From NCBI RefSeq assembly GCF_030144855.1, contig NC_082730.1, positions 13,516,001-13,580,000 of the forward strand: DNA of 64,000 nt, given 5' to 3'. A program made the translations under genes and the position numbers. Below are positions 12,783 through 25,262 of this stretch, one piece after another. This stretch comes from Hypanus sabinus. Its lineage: Eukaryota. Numbering within the stretch: the first letter of the stretch is position 1; each line of letters starts with the position of its first letter. Under the pieces are notes generated by a model that saw only the letters and a program-made list of their open reading frames with translations, had not been told where the DNA came from and did no database searches.

Positions 12783-13921
12783 CCTGGAGATACAGGTTGG
12801 GGTTGATTGCAAACCAGGAAACACCAATTCACCTGAGATGTCTGCATATACCTAAATACAGTGCAGAATGACACTCATTTCGGGTGTGTTGTTGTGAAGA
12901 TCTAGGTAATTGAAACTGTGTGCAACTGAAAGGACGCATTATGAATGCTTTGTCACCAGAAACATTGTGCTGTTGTCACCTTTGTTCTTTAACATGTAAA
13001 ATGTGATCTAATGTTGGTTCAGGAGGCCTCTTCCAAGAATATCTCCAGTGTAATGCCTGCTTGTTTTGCTCAATAAAAACATTTATGTCCGCAAGCTTCA
13101 GTGTGTCTCGGGTGTCTTCATTCACAGTCACAACGCTCATCTTACCTTCCGTAATATTCAAGTGTATCTCAGCCATTTTGTCGACACCGTCACTTGTAAC
13201 ACCACACCAGTAATGCCCTGTGTCCTCGATTGTTAGTTGAGTAATGGTAATGAAAAATTCTGTAGAGGTTTGGTTGTCCACAATTGTGATTCTTCTGTCT
13301 GTGCCATCCTGCTGGCTGCCTGAATGGGCAATAACACTGCACGATCTCCAGCTGGATCCCTTGCACAAGTACTTTCGGTGGTGCTTGTAATAGGCATTAT
13401 ACTGGCATCTTATGGTGACCGCTTCTCCTACTGTTCCAAATACTTGCTTTGGCCCGGTTATTTCAGCTGCAAGTAAAAGAGCACATTTTAATTTTTTTTG
13501 TTTGATTTTAATTGGCACATATACCGGGAAACAATCTTGCATAATACAAGTCTAATCAGTACACAGTGCATTGAGATAGAGTAAGGTGAAACAATAGCAA
13601 TGCAGAATAAATTGTAAAGGCTACTGAAAATTGCTGTGCAGGTGAATGATAAAGTGCAAGATCATAACAAGGTAGCTTGTGAGGCCAAGAGTCTACTGTA
13701 CTCTACAAGAGATCTGCTCAAGAATCTGAAAATAATTTGAGTGCAGTTCCTTAGAGACTGTGCTAAGGAACGGGGGCTACAGTGTGATGACTTCCGGTTC
13801 ATACGGAAGAATAAAAAAGTGACGGGTAGGAGTTACAGGAAGGTAGTCACCTTCCAAGCTGCAGGAGGCAGATACCTGGGTGACTATCAGGAAAGGAAAA
13901 TGAAAGATACAGTCAGTTCAG
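12783..13921. repeat. Tandem duplication copy 1 (matches 14411-15540)
   Basis: Direct alignment with offset 1628, then 1618 after a 10-nt indel; ~2-2.6% divergence in the intronic parts. Confidence 0.97.
13146..13466 (-). CDS. Gene B second V-type Ig exon (CD300/pIgR-like domain)
   Basis: ttttacttgcag acceptor, GAA G|GTAAGA donor, 321 nt, phase 1-1. EITGP...VTIRC...RKYLCKG...SC...DTGHYWCG has the B-F disulfide, the C-C' extra cysteine pair and the DxGxYxC motif. Confidence 0.95.
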
Positions 13922-14421
13922 TATCTCCAGGAAGACCATTGTTCTCAGCTGCATTTTAAATTCGTCCTACAGTCCACGTTCAGATTTGAAGTCTGGTTGC
14001 TAATGAAATTAATATTTGCTATATTGTATAATTCCAGAATTCACCCTAACAATAGGGCTAGGAGAAGGGATTGATTTAATATTTATAAATAAGCAATACT
14101 TCGCTGGCTTACTGCCTTTTACATGCTGGCTATAAAAAAACGTTGAAGTTTCTTCCAAAACAATGGAGTTTTAAATCAAAATTGGTATCTAATTTTGCAA
14201 TTATTTAGAAAAATGGCAGTAAGCCAGCAAAGTATTGCTTATTTATAACCATTAAATCAATCCTTTCTCGAAGTTAGAATGCTCTCCTATTGTTAGGGTG
14301 TCTTCTGGAGTAATGCAATATAGCAAGTATTAATTTTATTAGCAAACAGACTTCAGAATTGAATGTGGATTGTAGATTGAATTTAAAATGCAGCTGTGAA
14401 CAATGGTCTTCCTGTAGATAC
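13921..14421. repeat. Long imperfect inverted repeat (fold-back): arms 13921-14116 and 14215-14421, ~98-nt spacer
   Basis: Manual reverse-complement alignment: 18 mismatches in the first 136 nt, one ~11-nt indel, then 4 mismatches in 55 nt. Confidence 0.95.
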
Positions 14422-15540
14422 AGGTTGGGGTTGATTGCAAACCAGGAAACACCAATTCATCTGAGGTGTCTGCATACAGTGCAGAATGACACTCATTTTG
14501 GGTGTGTTGTTGTGAAGATCTAGGCATTTGAAACTGTGTGCAACTGAAAGGACGCATTATGAATGCTTTGTCACCAGAAAAATTGTGCTGTTGTTACCTT
14601 TGTTCTTTAACATGTAAAATGTGATCTAATGTTGGTTCAGGAGGCCTCTTCCAAGAATATCTCCAGTGTAATGCCTGCTTGTTTTGCTCAATTAAAACAT
14701 TTATGTCCGCAAGCTTCAGTGTGTCTCGGGTGACTTCATTCACAGTCACAACGCTCATCTTACCTTCTGTAATATTCAAGTGTATCTCAGCCATTTTGTC
14801 AAAACCGAAGTATGTAATACCACACCAGTAATGCCCTGTGTCCTCGATTGTTAGTTGGGTCATGGTAATGAAAAATTCTGTAGAGGTTTGGTTGTCCACA
14901 ATTGTGATTCTTCTGTCTGTGCCATCCTGCTGGCTGCCTGAATGGGCAATAACACTGCACGACCTCCAGCTGGATCCCTTGCACAAGTACTTTCGGTGGT
15001 GCTTGTAATAGGCTTTATACTGGCATCCTATGGTGACCGCTTCTCCTACCGTTCCAAATACTTGCTTTGGCCCGGTTATTTCAGCTGCAAGTAAAAGAGC
15101 ACATTTTAATTTTTTTTGTTTGGTTTTAATTGGCACATATACCGGGAAACAATCTTGCATAATACAAGTCTAATCAGTACACAGTGCATTGAGATAGAGT
15201 AAGGTGAAACAACAGCAATGCAGAATAAATTGTAAAGGCTACTGAAAATTGCTGTGCAGGTGAATGATAAAGTGCAAGATCATAACAAAGTAGCTTGTGA
15301 GGCCAAGAGTCTACTGTACTCTACAAGAGATCTGCTCAAGAATCTGAAAATAATATGAGTGCAGTTCCTTAGAGACTGTGCTAAGGAACGGGGGCTACAG
15401 TGTGATGACTTCCGGTTCATACGGAAGAATGAAAAAGTGATGGTTAGGAGCTACAGGAAGGTAGTCACCTTCCAAGCGGCAGGAGGCAGATACCTGGGTG
15501 ACTATCAGGAAAGGAAAACTGGAAGATGCAGTCAGTACAG
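14411..15540. repeat. Tandem duplication copy 2
   Basis: Matches 12783-13921. Only this copy continues into the CR1 ORF1 sequence on the right. Confidence 0.97.
14764..15084 (-). CDS. Gene B first V-type Ig exon (CD300/pIgR-like domain)
   Basis: Same splice sites and phase as 13146-13466; 15 nt differences; F-G loop ITYFGF. Confidence 0.95.
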
Positions 15541-15573
15541 ACTGCCCCCATGGCTGTTCCCCTCAATAATAAA

Positions 15574-16150
15574 TGTAATGTATGGATCTATTTCCTTTGG
15601 AGCAATGACTCCCCTTAGCACTATGTATGGACTGTCTATGCATGCATATTAATCTGGTGTCTATGCCTGCACATTGACCTGTTGGCTATGCATGCGTATT
15701 GCTCCATCTCTCTCGCCGCAATGCGAATACACCAGTTAAAGCTATCTCCTGTGTGCGGGCTTTCATTCAATTGACGTGTAGTTGCAAAGGCACAACAAGT
15801 TGGCAATGAGCACGAGCCTGAATGTCAGAAAACATCATGAACTGTACCCACAGTAACAGGATGAGACAGTGAGAGGAAAGGGTTAAACGGTATGGAGTAG
15901 GCCGTCACGGACACTAACAAAGTGCTGCGTGAGTAACTGCATAGTACACAATGAAATAGCTTTAGTCAAGAAAGTTGATGAATTTAATAGTGCAACTGAA
16001 GACTGGGGGTCATATATCGAGAGGTCATATATCGAACTGTATTGTAAGGCAAACGATGTGGATGAGCAAAAAATAGCCTCAGGCTTCTTAGCTTAATGGG
16101 TACCGGGACATACTGTCTCTTAAGCAACTAGTGACCCCTAAAAAGCCAGC
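15574..16150 (+). mobile_element. Truncated Gypsy LTR retrotransposon (5' LTR, PBS, start of gag) nested in CR1 ORF1
   Basis: TG...CA segment ~15574-15798, PBS-like AGTTGGCAATGAG, and degenerate gag VDEFNSATEDWGSYIER...YCKANDVDEQK...LMGTGTYCLL. Confidence 0.75.
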
Positions 16151-18125
16151 AAGCTGGCTCTGTGTCTCAGAAGGGAAGAGTGGAAAAGAAAAGTGCAATA
16201 GTGATAGGGGATTCCATAGTTAGAGGAATAGTCATAAGATTCTATGAACATGCTTAAGCTAGCTGAATGGTATGTTGCCTATCAGATGCCAGGGTCAGAG
16301 ATGTCTTGAATTGGGTCCACACCATTCTAAAAGGGGAGGACGAGCAGCCAGAGGTCATGGTACGTACTGGTACCAACAACATAATTGGAAAAGGGAGGAG
16401 ATCCTGAAAAGAGATAATAGGGAGTTTGGAAGAAAGCCGAAAAGCAGGACCTCCAGGGATAATCTCTAGATTGCTGCCTGTGCCACAAGACAAGGAAGGT
16501 AGGAATAGGGTGACTTGGTAGATGAAAGCGTGGCTGAGGAATTGGTTCAGGGGTAGCATTTCAGATTTCTGGATCTATAAGATCTCTTCTGGGGAAAGTA
16601 TGAACTACACAAAAAGGACAGGTTACACCTGAACCCGAGGGGGACCAATATCCTTGCAGGTAGGTTTGCTACTGCTGTTGGGAGGGTTTAAAATAATTTG
16701 ACAGAGAGATGGGAACCAGAGTGGTAGGGCTGAGGATGGGGCAGTTGGTATATAAGCAGATGCAGAGTGTGGTGTTACTGTAAGAAGTGCAGGCAGATGG
16801 TAGGGCAAAGTTGAAGTGTAACATGGGAGCAAAATCTAACAGGGTGATGAACACAGGACTGAAGGTGTTATATTCCATTGCGTGCAGTTTACGGAATAAG
16901 ACAAATGATCTTGTAGTGCTGTTAGAGATTTCTAGGTACAACATTGTGGGCATCACTGAGTCGTGACTAAAGGAAGATCCTAGTTGGGAGCTTAACATCT
17001 AAGGTTTCATATTGTACTGAAAGGACAAGTAAGCAGAGCGGTTGGGTGGCCCTGTTGGTAAAAAGATAATCTTAGAAAGAGGTACATAGGATCAAAGATG
17101 TAAAATCCTTGTTGGTGAAGTTAAGAAAATGCAAAGCTAAAAGGACCCTGATGGCAGTTATATACAGGCCTCCAAACAGTAGCCAGGATGTGGGATATAA
17201 ATTACAATGGGAGATAGAAAACACATGTAAAAAGGGGAATGTTACAATAATCATGGAGGATTTCAGTGTGCAGGTAGATTGGGAATAGCAGGTTGGTGCT
17301 GGTGCCCAAGGGAGGGTATTTGCTGAACCCAGGTAAGTGTGAGGTGGTTCATTTTGGTAGCTCATAAATGATGATAGTTCAAATATAGTATTAATGGTAA
17401 GACTCTTGGCAGTGTGGAGGATCAGAGGGATCTTGGGATCCGAGTCCATAGGACACTTAAAGCTGCTATGTAGGTTGACTCTATGGTTAAGAAGGCATTT
17501 GGTGCATTGACTTTCATCAATTGTGGGATTGCATTTAAGAGCTGAGTTGTAATGTGGCAGATGTATCGGACCCTGGTCAGACCCCACTTGGAGTACTGTG
17601 CTCAGTTCTGGTTGCCTCACTATAGGAAGAATGTGGAAACCACAGAAAGAGTGCAGAGGAGATTTACAAGGATGTTGCCTGGATTGGGGAGCATGCCTCA
17701 TGAGAATAGTTTGAGTGAAATTGGCCTTTTCTCCTTGGAGCGACAGAGGATGAGAGGTGACCCGATAGAGGTATACAAGATAATGAGAGGCATTGATCAT
17801 GTAAGTAGTCAGAGGCTTTTTCCCAGGGCTGAAATGGTTAGCATGAGAGTGCATAGCTTTAAGGTGCTTGGAAGTAGATACAGAGGATATGTCAGGGATA
17901 AGTTTTTACGCAGAGAGTGGTGAGTGTGTGGAATGGGCTGCCGGCGGCGGTGGTGGAGGTGGATACGATAGGGCCTTTTTAGAGACTCCTGGATGGCTAC
18001 ATGGAGTTTAGAAGAATAGAGGGCTATGGGTAAAGCCTAGGTAGTTCTAAGGTAGGTACTTGTTCGGCACAGCTTTGCAGGCCAAAGGGCCTGTATTGTG
18101 CTGTAGGTTTTCTGTGTTTCTATGT
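16150..18125 (+). mobile_element. CR1 LINE (ORF1 esterase region, endonuclease remnant, ORF2 3' end; internally deleted)
   Basis: VIGDSIVRG-type ORF1 motif near 16200; ORF 17552-17923 MYRTLVRPHLEYCAQFW...ERVQRRFTRMLPGL; CR1 tail. Confidence 0.92.
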
Positions 18126-19045
18126 CACTGATTTAGATGTCAGAATTGATTACTTTGTGGTGAAATTTGTAGACAATATAAAGATAGGTGGCAGGGCAGG
18201 TTGTGTTGAGGAAGGATGGAGTCTGTTGATGGACTTAGATGGAATACAGTGTAGGGAAATACATGCTCATGCACTTTGGTAAAGGGATTAAAGGCGTAGA
18301 CAATTTTCTCAACAGGGAGAAAATCAGAGCTGCAGGGAGGCTTGCGAGTCCTAACAGGATTCCCTAAAGGCTAACTTGCAGGTTGAGTCGGTGGTGAGGA
18401 ATGCAAATGCAATGTTTGCATTCATTTCGAGAGAACTGGGATATCAGAATAAAGATGTCATGTTGAGACTTTATAAGGCATTGGTCAGACTGCACTTGGA
18501 GTATTGTGAGTAGTTCTAGTCTTATCGAAGAACAGATATACTGGCAGTGGAGCGGTCCAGAGGAGGTTCATGAAAATGATTCCAGAAATGAAAGGTTAAC
18601 ATATGAGGAGTGATTGATGACTCTGGGCCTGTACTTACTGGAATTTAGAATAATAGGGGGATCTCATAGAAACCTATCGAATGTTAAAAGGCCCAGAGAG
18701 GGTGGATGTGGAGAGGACATTTCCAATAGTGGTGATTCTAGAATCAGAGGGCATAGCCTCAGAATTGAGGGACATCCATTTAGAATAGATATCAGGGGGA
18801 ACTATTTTAGCCACAGGTTATTGAATCTGTTAAATTCATTTCCACAGATAATTGAGGAGACCAAGCCTGAGTATATTTAAAGCGAGGTTGATAGGTTCCT
18901 GATTAATCAGGGTGTCAAAAGTTATGGGGTACGGGCATGAAAATGGAATTGAGAGGGATAATAAACCAGCTATGATGGAATGATGGAGCAGACTTAATGG
19001 GCTGGACGGTCTAGTTCTGTTCTTATGTCTTGAAGTTTTATGGTC
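18126..19045 (+). mobile_element. CR1 LINE 3' fragment
   Basis: Degenerate KANAM.AFISR...LYKALVR.HLEYC and the CR1 3' UTR. Confidence 0.88.
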
Positions 19046-20369
19046 TTATAACAGTGAGATAGCAGCTGCACTTGAACAAGCTGGTACGTGCTTTCCAGCT
19101 CTTTTACAATTTAAAATCACAGAGAGTTTGTGCTGGCAACCAGGTAACAGCACTACTTAAATCACAATATTTTACTACATCAAAGGCCATTCAGCCTGTT
19201 GTATCTATGCTGTTCCTGGAAAGGGATATTGCCATGCAGCATGTTCATAAGTTATTCTTCATCTTCACTTGTTTTCAGCCAAGGACTTCACTCTGGTTTA
19301 GTTTCAGATTCAGATTAGTTTATTGTGATAGTTACCTGCTGTCATGAACTGCCTCGTTCGCATGAACCTCGTGAACTAAATAGTTTATGGAGTTTGATTC
19401 AGCTGAGTGTCAGCCATTGCATTTGGGAAAGTCAAATCAAAATAGTAATTTCACAGTGAATGATAGGGCCCTGAGGAGTGATATAGGACAGAGGGATCTT
19501 GGAATTCAGGTACATGGTTCCCCATCTACCTGTGACTCCATTTTCAGAGAACAATGTTGTGTTGACCTTTTACCCTACTCCAAGGTCATTCTAATGCTTG
19601 TCTCCCAAATAGCCCTTCTTTATTCTTTCACCCATGTGCTTATCTAAGGTTTCCTTAAACAACCTGAATGTATCTACCACCTCTACTACTCTTGGCCGTG
19701 TGTTCCACATACCCACCACTCTACATGCAAAAAAAACTTACCTCTGACATCCTGCCTACACTTTCCTACAATCATCTTAAAATCATGCTTTGTCATGTTA
19801 GCCATTTCTGCCCAGGGATAACAGAGCTGGCTGTCAAATCTGTTTATACCCTTTGTCATCTTATACACCTCTATGAAGTCACCTTTCATCCTCCTTTGTT
19901 CCAAAGGGAAAATCCCTATCTCCAACCTATTGTCATAAGATATTCTCTCTAATCCAGCAAAGCATCCTGTAAAAGCTACACACGTACACACGTGTACACA
20001 CACATACACACGCGCACAGAAGCGCGCACACGCTTTTCCCCAGTTCATTATCTTTATCCGACTGAAGTAATTGATCAAGAGTCCTGTCTGTAACATGCAA
20101 CCTTCTCTCTGTTTTATCATGGTCTCCCTGACAAATTGGCTTAGAGTCTGCACCCAAAAATATTGAACCAGAAATCCTACAAGAATGTGCTTGCAGTTAT
20201 CAGTGGGAGTTTACTACAAACAAGGGAAAATCTGCAGATGCTGGAAATCCAAGCAATGCACACAAAATGCTGGAGGAACTCAACAGGCCAGGCAACATCT
20301 ATGGAAAAGAGTACAGTCGAAGTTTCAGGCTGAGACCCTTTGGCATTACTAGAGAAAAAAAGTTGAGGA

Positions 20370-20585
20370 ATAGATTTAAACCATGAGGGTGGTGGTGGGG
20401 GGGGGGGGGGGTGGAGAGAGGAAAATAAGGTGATAGGTGAAGTTGATCAAGAGCATGTGAAGTGTCGTGGATATAGGTGGAAAGGAACTGAACCAGGGGG
20501 ATAGAATGGAGTTGAGGCATGAGGACAGTGGGGCAGGGGCAGGCAGAAACAATAGGCCTACCAGCACAGTCAGGTTTGTGCATCT
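20370..20585 (-). mobile_element. Penelope-like reverse transcriptase fragment
   Basis: ORF 20299-20583 starts HKPDCAGRPIVSACPCPT, the Penelope RT HK...GRPIVS motif; adjacent to a hairpin derivative. Confidence 0.7.
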
Positions 20586-23279
20586 TACGTAGGAGGTAGG
20601 AGTGAGCAGTGAAGAGTAAGGGAGCTATGAATTCAGTGGCAGTGAAAGGAGATCTCCAGAGTTGATGAGGTCTGTAATGAAAGTTGTTTTGTAAGGATTA
20701 GCAGAGAGAGAGGTGAGGACATTTTCTTTTAATGAGAGAAGACAGATAGTACAATGTAAACACAAGGGATTCTGCAGGTGCTGAAAATCTAGGGTAACAC
20801 ACAGAGGAACTCATCAGGTCAGGCAGCATCTATGGAAAGGAATAAACAGTTGACATTTTGGGCCAAGGTCCTTCATCAGGACTGGAAAGGAAGAGAATTA
20901 TAGAAGTTGTTTCGGGATCCTAAGGTTCTGAACCGTGAGAACTCTGTGCATATCAGTGATTCACATAGAGGCATTGAAGTGAATAGAGTTGAAGATTGCA
21001 TGAACAAATTAATCAGAAGATGAAAGGAAGCTCCTGATGTTTTCTGGTAAGGTGCCTAACATGTAAGATAAGTAAAATCTTTGCATTTTAATTATGTTCT
21101 GAATGGATTAAGGCTTGGGTTTAACTGATGTCCTCAAAGAAACAGTTGAAGAAAAATGAATCATGGCGATTTTGGGCCAATTACTTTGCAAAGAGTCAGC
21201 ACAGACCTGAAAGGTGGCTTCCTGCATTGTTTCATTGCAAGCTCTCCAATAAAGTTAGTAATAGTTTACAAGAGTACGTAAGACAGGTGATTTAACAGAT
21301 GACCTGGAGGGTGTTCACCATCCAAGGTTGAATTCAGGCACATTAGCTGAATCAGGACTTCAAACAATTTGCCTTGGGATTGACATGCCACCCGTTTCAA
21401 TCTGATTCAGGCAAGCAGCCATCTGCACTTAGGAGACCGATTTCCCACTCCTTGGTCATTTACAAATTGTTTCAATTTGTCCTACTTTAGGTTGTGAACA
21501 AAGAGTGAGCTGAACACATTTCAACGTTCCTTCTGTCCATTGGCACGTCTGTGGGAAATGTGTAATCTGCAGCACGTCTGCATGTCTCTAGACATTGAAC
21601 CACTGAACTCCCCCCCCCGCCCCCCAGTCAGGAAACAAACGATCACTGATGTAGACTTTAACCAGCATTACTGGGAAGTTTGCCAGTGGCTAGTTTCTCA
21701 ATCACAGCTGGAGTCTGTAACTTCGTTTTTAACTTGCGGGGCCTGATAAATTAAACAAATGCCCCAGCACAAGGACATGTTCCATAGGCAAAGCCCAAGA
21801 GAAGTGATATCCAATCTTAAGGAGCCTCACCAGCCAGGACATGCCGTCTTCTCATTACCACCATCACAGAGGAGGCACAGGAGCCTGAAGAAAGATTCCT
21901 GACATTTTATCAATCACTCCTTCCCCTGTGTGATCAGATTTCTGGATGATCCATGAGCCCCTGAGGACTATTTGTTATTTTTATACTTCTTATGTAGCTC
22001 GTGATTTCTGTCTGGACTTTGATGTACTATTGCTGGAAAGCAACAAATTCCATGCCAGTGATAATAAAGTTGATTCTGATTCTGCCTCCCAAGCCTTTTT
22101 CTTCTCCTCCTGCATGCTCATAGTGATCACTGCGAAAAAAAAAACTCTATACTACAGTTAGAAAATATTACACCTGGGCAAATGGGACCAGCATAGATGT
22201 CACGAACACCTCAAAAAATGGCTGTAACTGCAAGGTTTCTCTTCATCGGCTGTCCATTGATTTTGACGTTGACTGTGCTGAGAGTTTAGTCTCTGCACGC
22301 ACGTTTATGGGCCACAAGACCAGCAATGGATCAGCCACACCATCCAGAAACTCTACTCCAACACACATTGCTCAGTGATAAGACAGACAGTGTCGTGCCC
22401 CCACCATACAGTCTCTCTGGGCTTCCAAATCTGATGCGAAGTGGTACACAGGAGTGTAACAGACTTAGCGGATAAGGAAGCTGCCCCGCAGTGACGACTA
22501 ACTAGTCTAGTGATGCCATCCGTTGACCAACACTCCGGTTCCTCCGCATGCCACCAAGGTGGCTGTACCATTGACCTTTTTGGATTCATCCACCACAGAC
22601 ACCATCAGACACCCTGCTGTCGGCATCCTCGTTGGGTGCAGCCTTTGCCTGAAGAGGCATAACCTACAAAGTAGCAAAGGCATGCTTACCTCCTTGACTT
22701 AGCCAGCCATGATCCTACTACTAGATCTGGTCTAGTAGTATACCGATGGAACATCACCTTCACAGCTAGGTTAGACCTACCAGAGAATGAATCTCCGCCG
22801 CACTTCGCTGATGTTTGGACAGTGTCACTCCTACGCCATGGTGAAATGCCAAGGTAGGATTTTGTAGGAGTCATAAGATTTATGACTCAATAGACCCAAT
22901 AATTTGATTCCCTGACCGAGAACTGAACCAGGCTCATGGTGATGAGAGTTATAAGTCCTAACCAGGAGGTGTTGGGTCAAAAGGCTTGTTTCCATCCTGT
23001 CTCAAGGATGAAAATTATTCACCAAGACATTTCCATATATTAGGAATTCACTATGGTGCATTGGTGTGACATGGAACAGAAAAACAGCAACATCCAACAA
23101 TGATAAAGAGTAAAGACAGTTGTAAAAAATGAAGTTAGAGGTTAAGGTACAAATGTGGAATAAAATGTGCACCAATACAGTTCTGTGCAGGAGTCCTAGA
23201 CACATTTATACAGCTAAGGTGCCCAAGAGCTTTGCACAGTACTGCTGCCACACAAAAAAACACATTTCATGACATACGA

Positions 23280-23670
23280 GAGTGTTGATAAACCTGATTC
23301 TGATATGGGTCTTTATTGTAGATTGAGAGTGGGAAGGGATCAGGAGAAGAGAATCATGGTAAGGAAAAGGGAAAGGGAGAGGGCAGGGAGTGGGAAGCAC
23401 CAGAGAGACATTCTGCAGTGATCAATAAATGTGTGTTTGCAGGTGTGTCTGCACCGGTTGCACCCCCTGCTTCTGGCTCCTTCTCCACCACCTGTCCCAT
23501 ACCTACCCCTGCGGCACTCCACCCTTGCCATTCCCAATGCCCTTTGCTCCCACCAGACTTACAAACTCGCTCTCCACCCCATGTTGACAAATACAGTACT
23601 GTGCAAGAATCTTAGGCATCCTTGCTCTTTAAATGTGCCCAAGTCTTTTTCACAGTACTGTACAAAATAT
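23280..23670. repeat. Dispersed repeat (second copy ~45630-46040) flanked by short Tc1-type palindromic MITEs
   Basis: Shared ...GGGTCTTTATTGT...GACATTCTG...ATCAATAAA...ACAAACTCG...TTGACAAATACAG body. CAGTACTGTGCAAAAG-type inverted repeats near 23595-23660 and 45495-45560. Confidence 0.6.
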
Positions 23671-25262
23671 CAGCAGGTAGTAACAATGTAAGCAGCATTA
23701 TAAAAAGTGGTTTCTAGTGTCTACAGTGCAGTGCAGTGACGGGGGTAACAGATAGAGTAAAATGGTGCAGGGGTTGGCTAACTAGTATAGTTGATCACAT
23801 TAATTGGCTCCATGACATTGTAGTCCTTTGCTGGCAATATCCACATTTATAAGCTCATAAAAATGTAATAAACAGATGCAGTCTTCATCCCTGAGAAGCC
23901 CTGTGCAAAGACCCCATAACAATGATTCACTTAATATCCAGAATTTCATTGGAATACTTGAAAAGTATCTCCAACAGAAGAAAGCCAAAACACTCCCTGA
24001 TAAAGCAAAGTCCCCCTATTTATTATCAGGATCAGGAAGAATTAGTGACAAGAAGTGATGCACTTCAGCCACATCAACACAGTGGTTACAAACAAATGGA
24101 CGGATCGTCTTATTAACTTTCACAACATCGTGGCTGCATCTACAAGGCACCAATCAGGATTACAGTGAAAAGCCATGATTTGCCTGCCAGAGTGCCTTCA
24201 AAGGTAAATCTCCCTGTTTGCTGGGAGCTCCTATTAATAGGCATCCATTCCACTACCTGCCTACTGCAGGACATGCTACTATAGGGAAGAGTGATAGTTA
24301 TTCCCCAGTAATACTTGGAAGAATATGAAGGAGTGTCAGGTCATTATTATATTGCTGTCTGTGGAAGCTTGAAGACTTGCAGAGGGGATGCATTTAAGAT
24401 GAGAGGGTATAATATCTAAGGAAATGTGAAGGGCAAAAGGAGTGGGTTGGGTGCCTGGAATACTCTGCCTGGGGTGATTCTAGAGGTAGATATGTTAGAG
24501 ATTCTTAAGAGACATTTAGACAGGCACATGAATGTGAGGAAAATGGCAGGATGTGGACATTGTGTAGGCAGAGGAGATTAATTTAGCTGGCCATTTGATT
24601 ACTAATTTAATTTGTTTGACACAACATTGTCAGCTGAAGGGTCTGTTCCTGTGATGTACTGTTCTATGCTCTGTGTTCTATGTCTTACAGTACAACAATT
24701 ACTCTATATAACATAGGGCTATGGGTAACCCTAGGTAATTTCTAAGCTAAGGACGTGTTCGGCGCAGTTTTGTGGGCCAAAGAGCCTGTATTGTGCTGTA
24801 GGTTTTCTATGTTTCTATAAGCATAAAGACATTGGAGATCTTAAAAAAAATTGCTACATGAAAGCAAATATTCCTTCAATATTTAAACTTCAATGAGAAT
24901 TAAAACACATATTTAATTTAATTTATTGAGATACAGGGCAGAAAAGATCCTCATGACCCCCTCACAGCAATCCCTTACTTAATCCTATCCTAATCACTAG
25001 ACAATTTACAATGACCTAGTTATCTACCAACTAGTATGTTGGTAGGTTGATTGGTCGTCATAGATTGTTAAAATCAAACTGATTTTGACAGTATCAACTT
25101 TATTGAGTACACCCATTCTTATCACTGAGTAATAAGGTAATGCAAGACTTGTCAAATATGAAACATAAGCTTTAAAAGTCATTTTATAAGTAGGGGGCAG
25201 AGTTAATAACTTAATTCCTCTTAACATTCGAGATGGAACACCATTTTAATTGTTTTGCTTAC

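Noticed and set aside
13100-15120. Rearranging antigen-receptor V segments (RSS-flanked)
   Set aside because: The exons run through the G strand and end in normal GTAAG donors. The only heptamer-like word (CACAGTC near 13123) has the wrong orientation and no nonamer at a 12/23 spacing.
12976-15160. The 188-aa ORFs (and the 138-aa ORF 48207-48623) as single-exon proteins
   Set aside because: The N- and C-terminal extensions are intronic read-through beyond clear acceptor and donor sites.
22715-22741. 25-bp near-perfect palindrome TACTACTAGATCTGGTCTAGTAGTA
   Set aside because: It is short, lies inside a repeat-like intronic segment, and has no supportable function.
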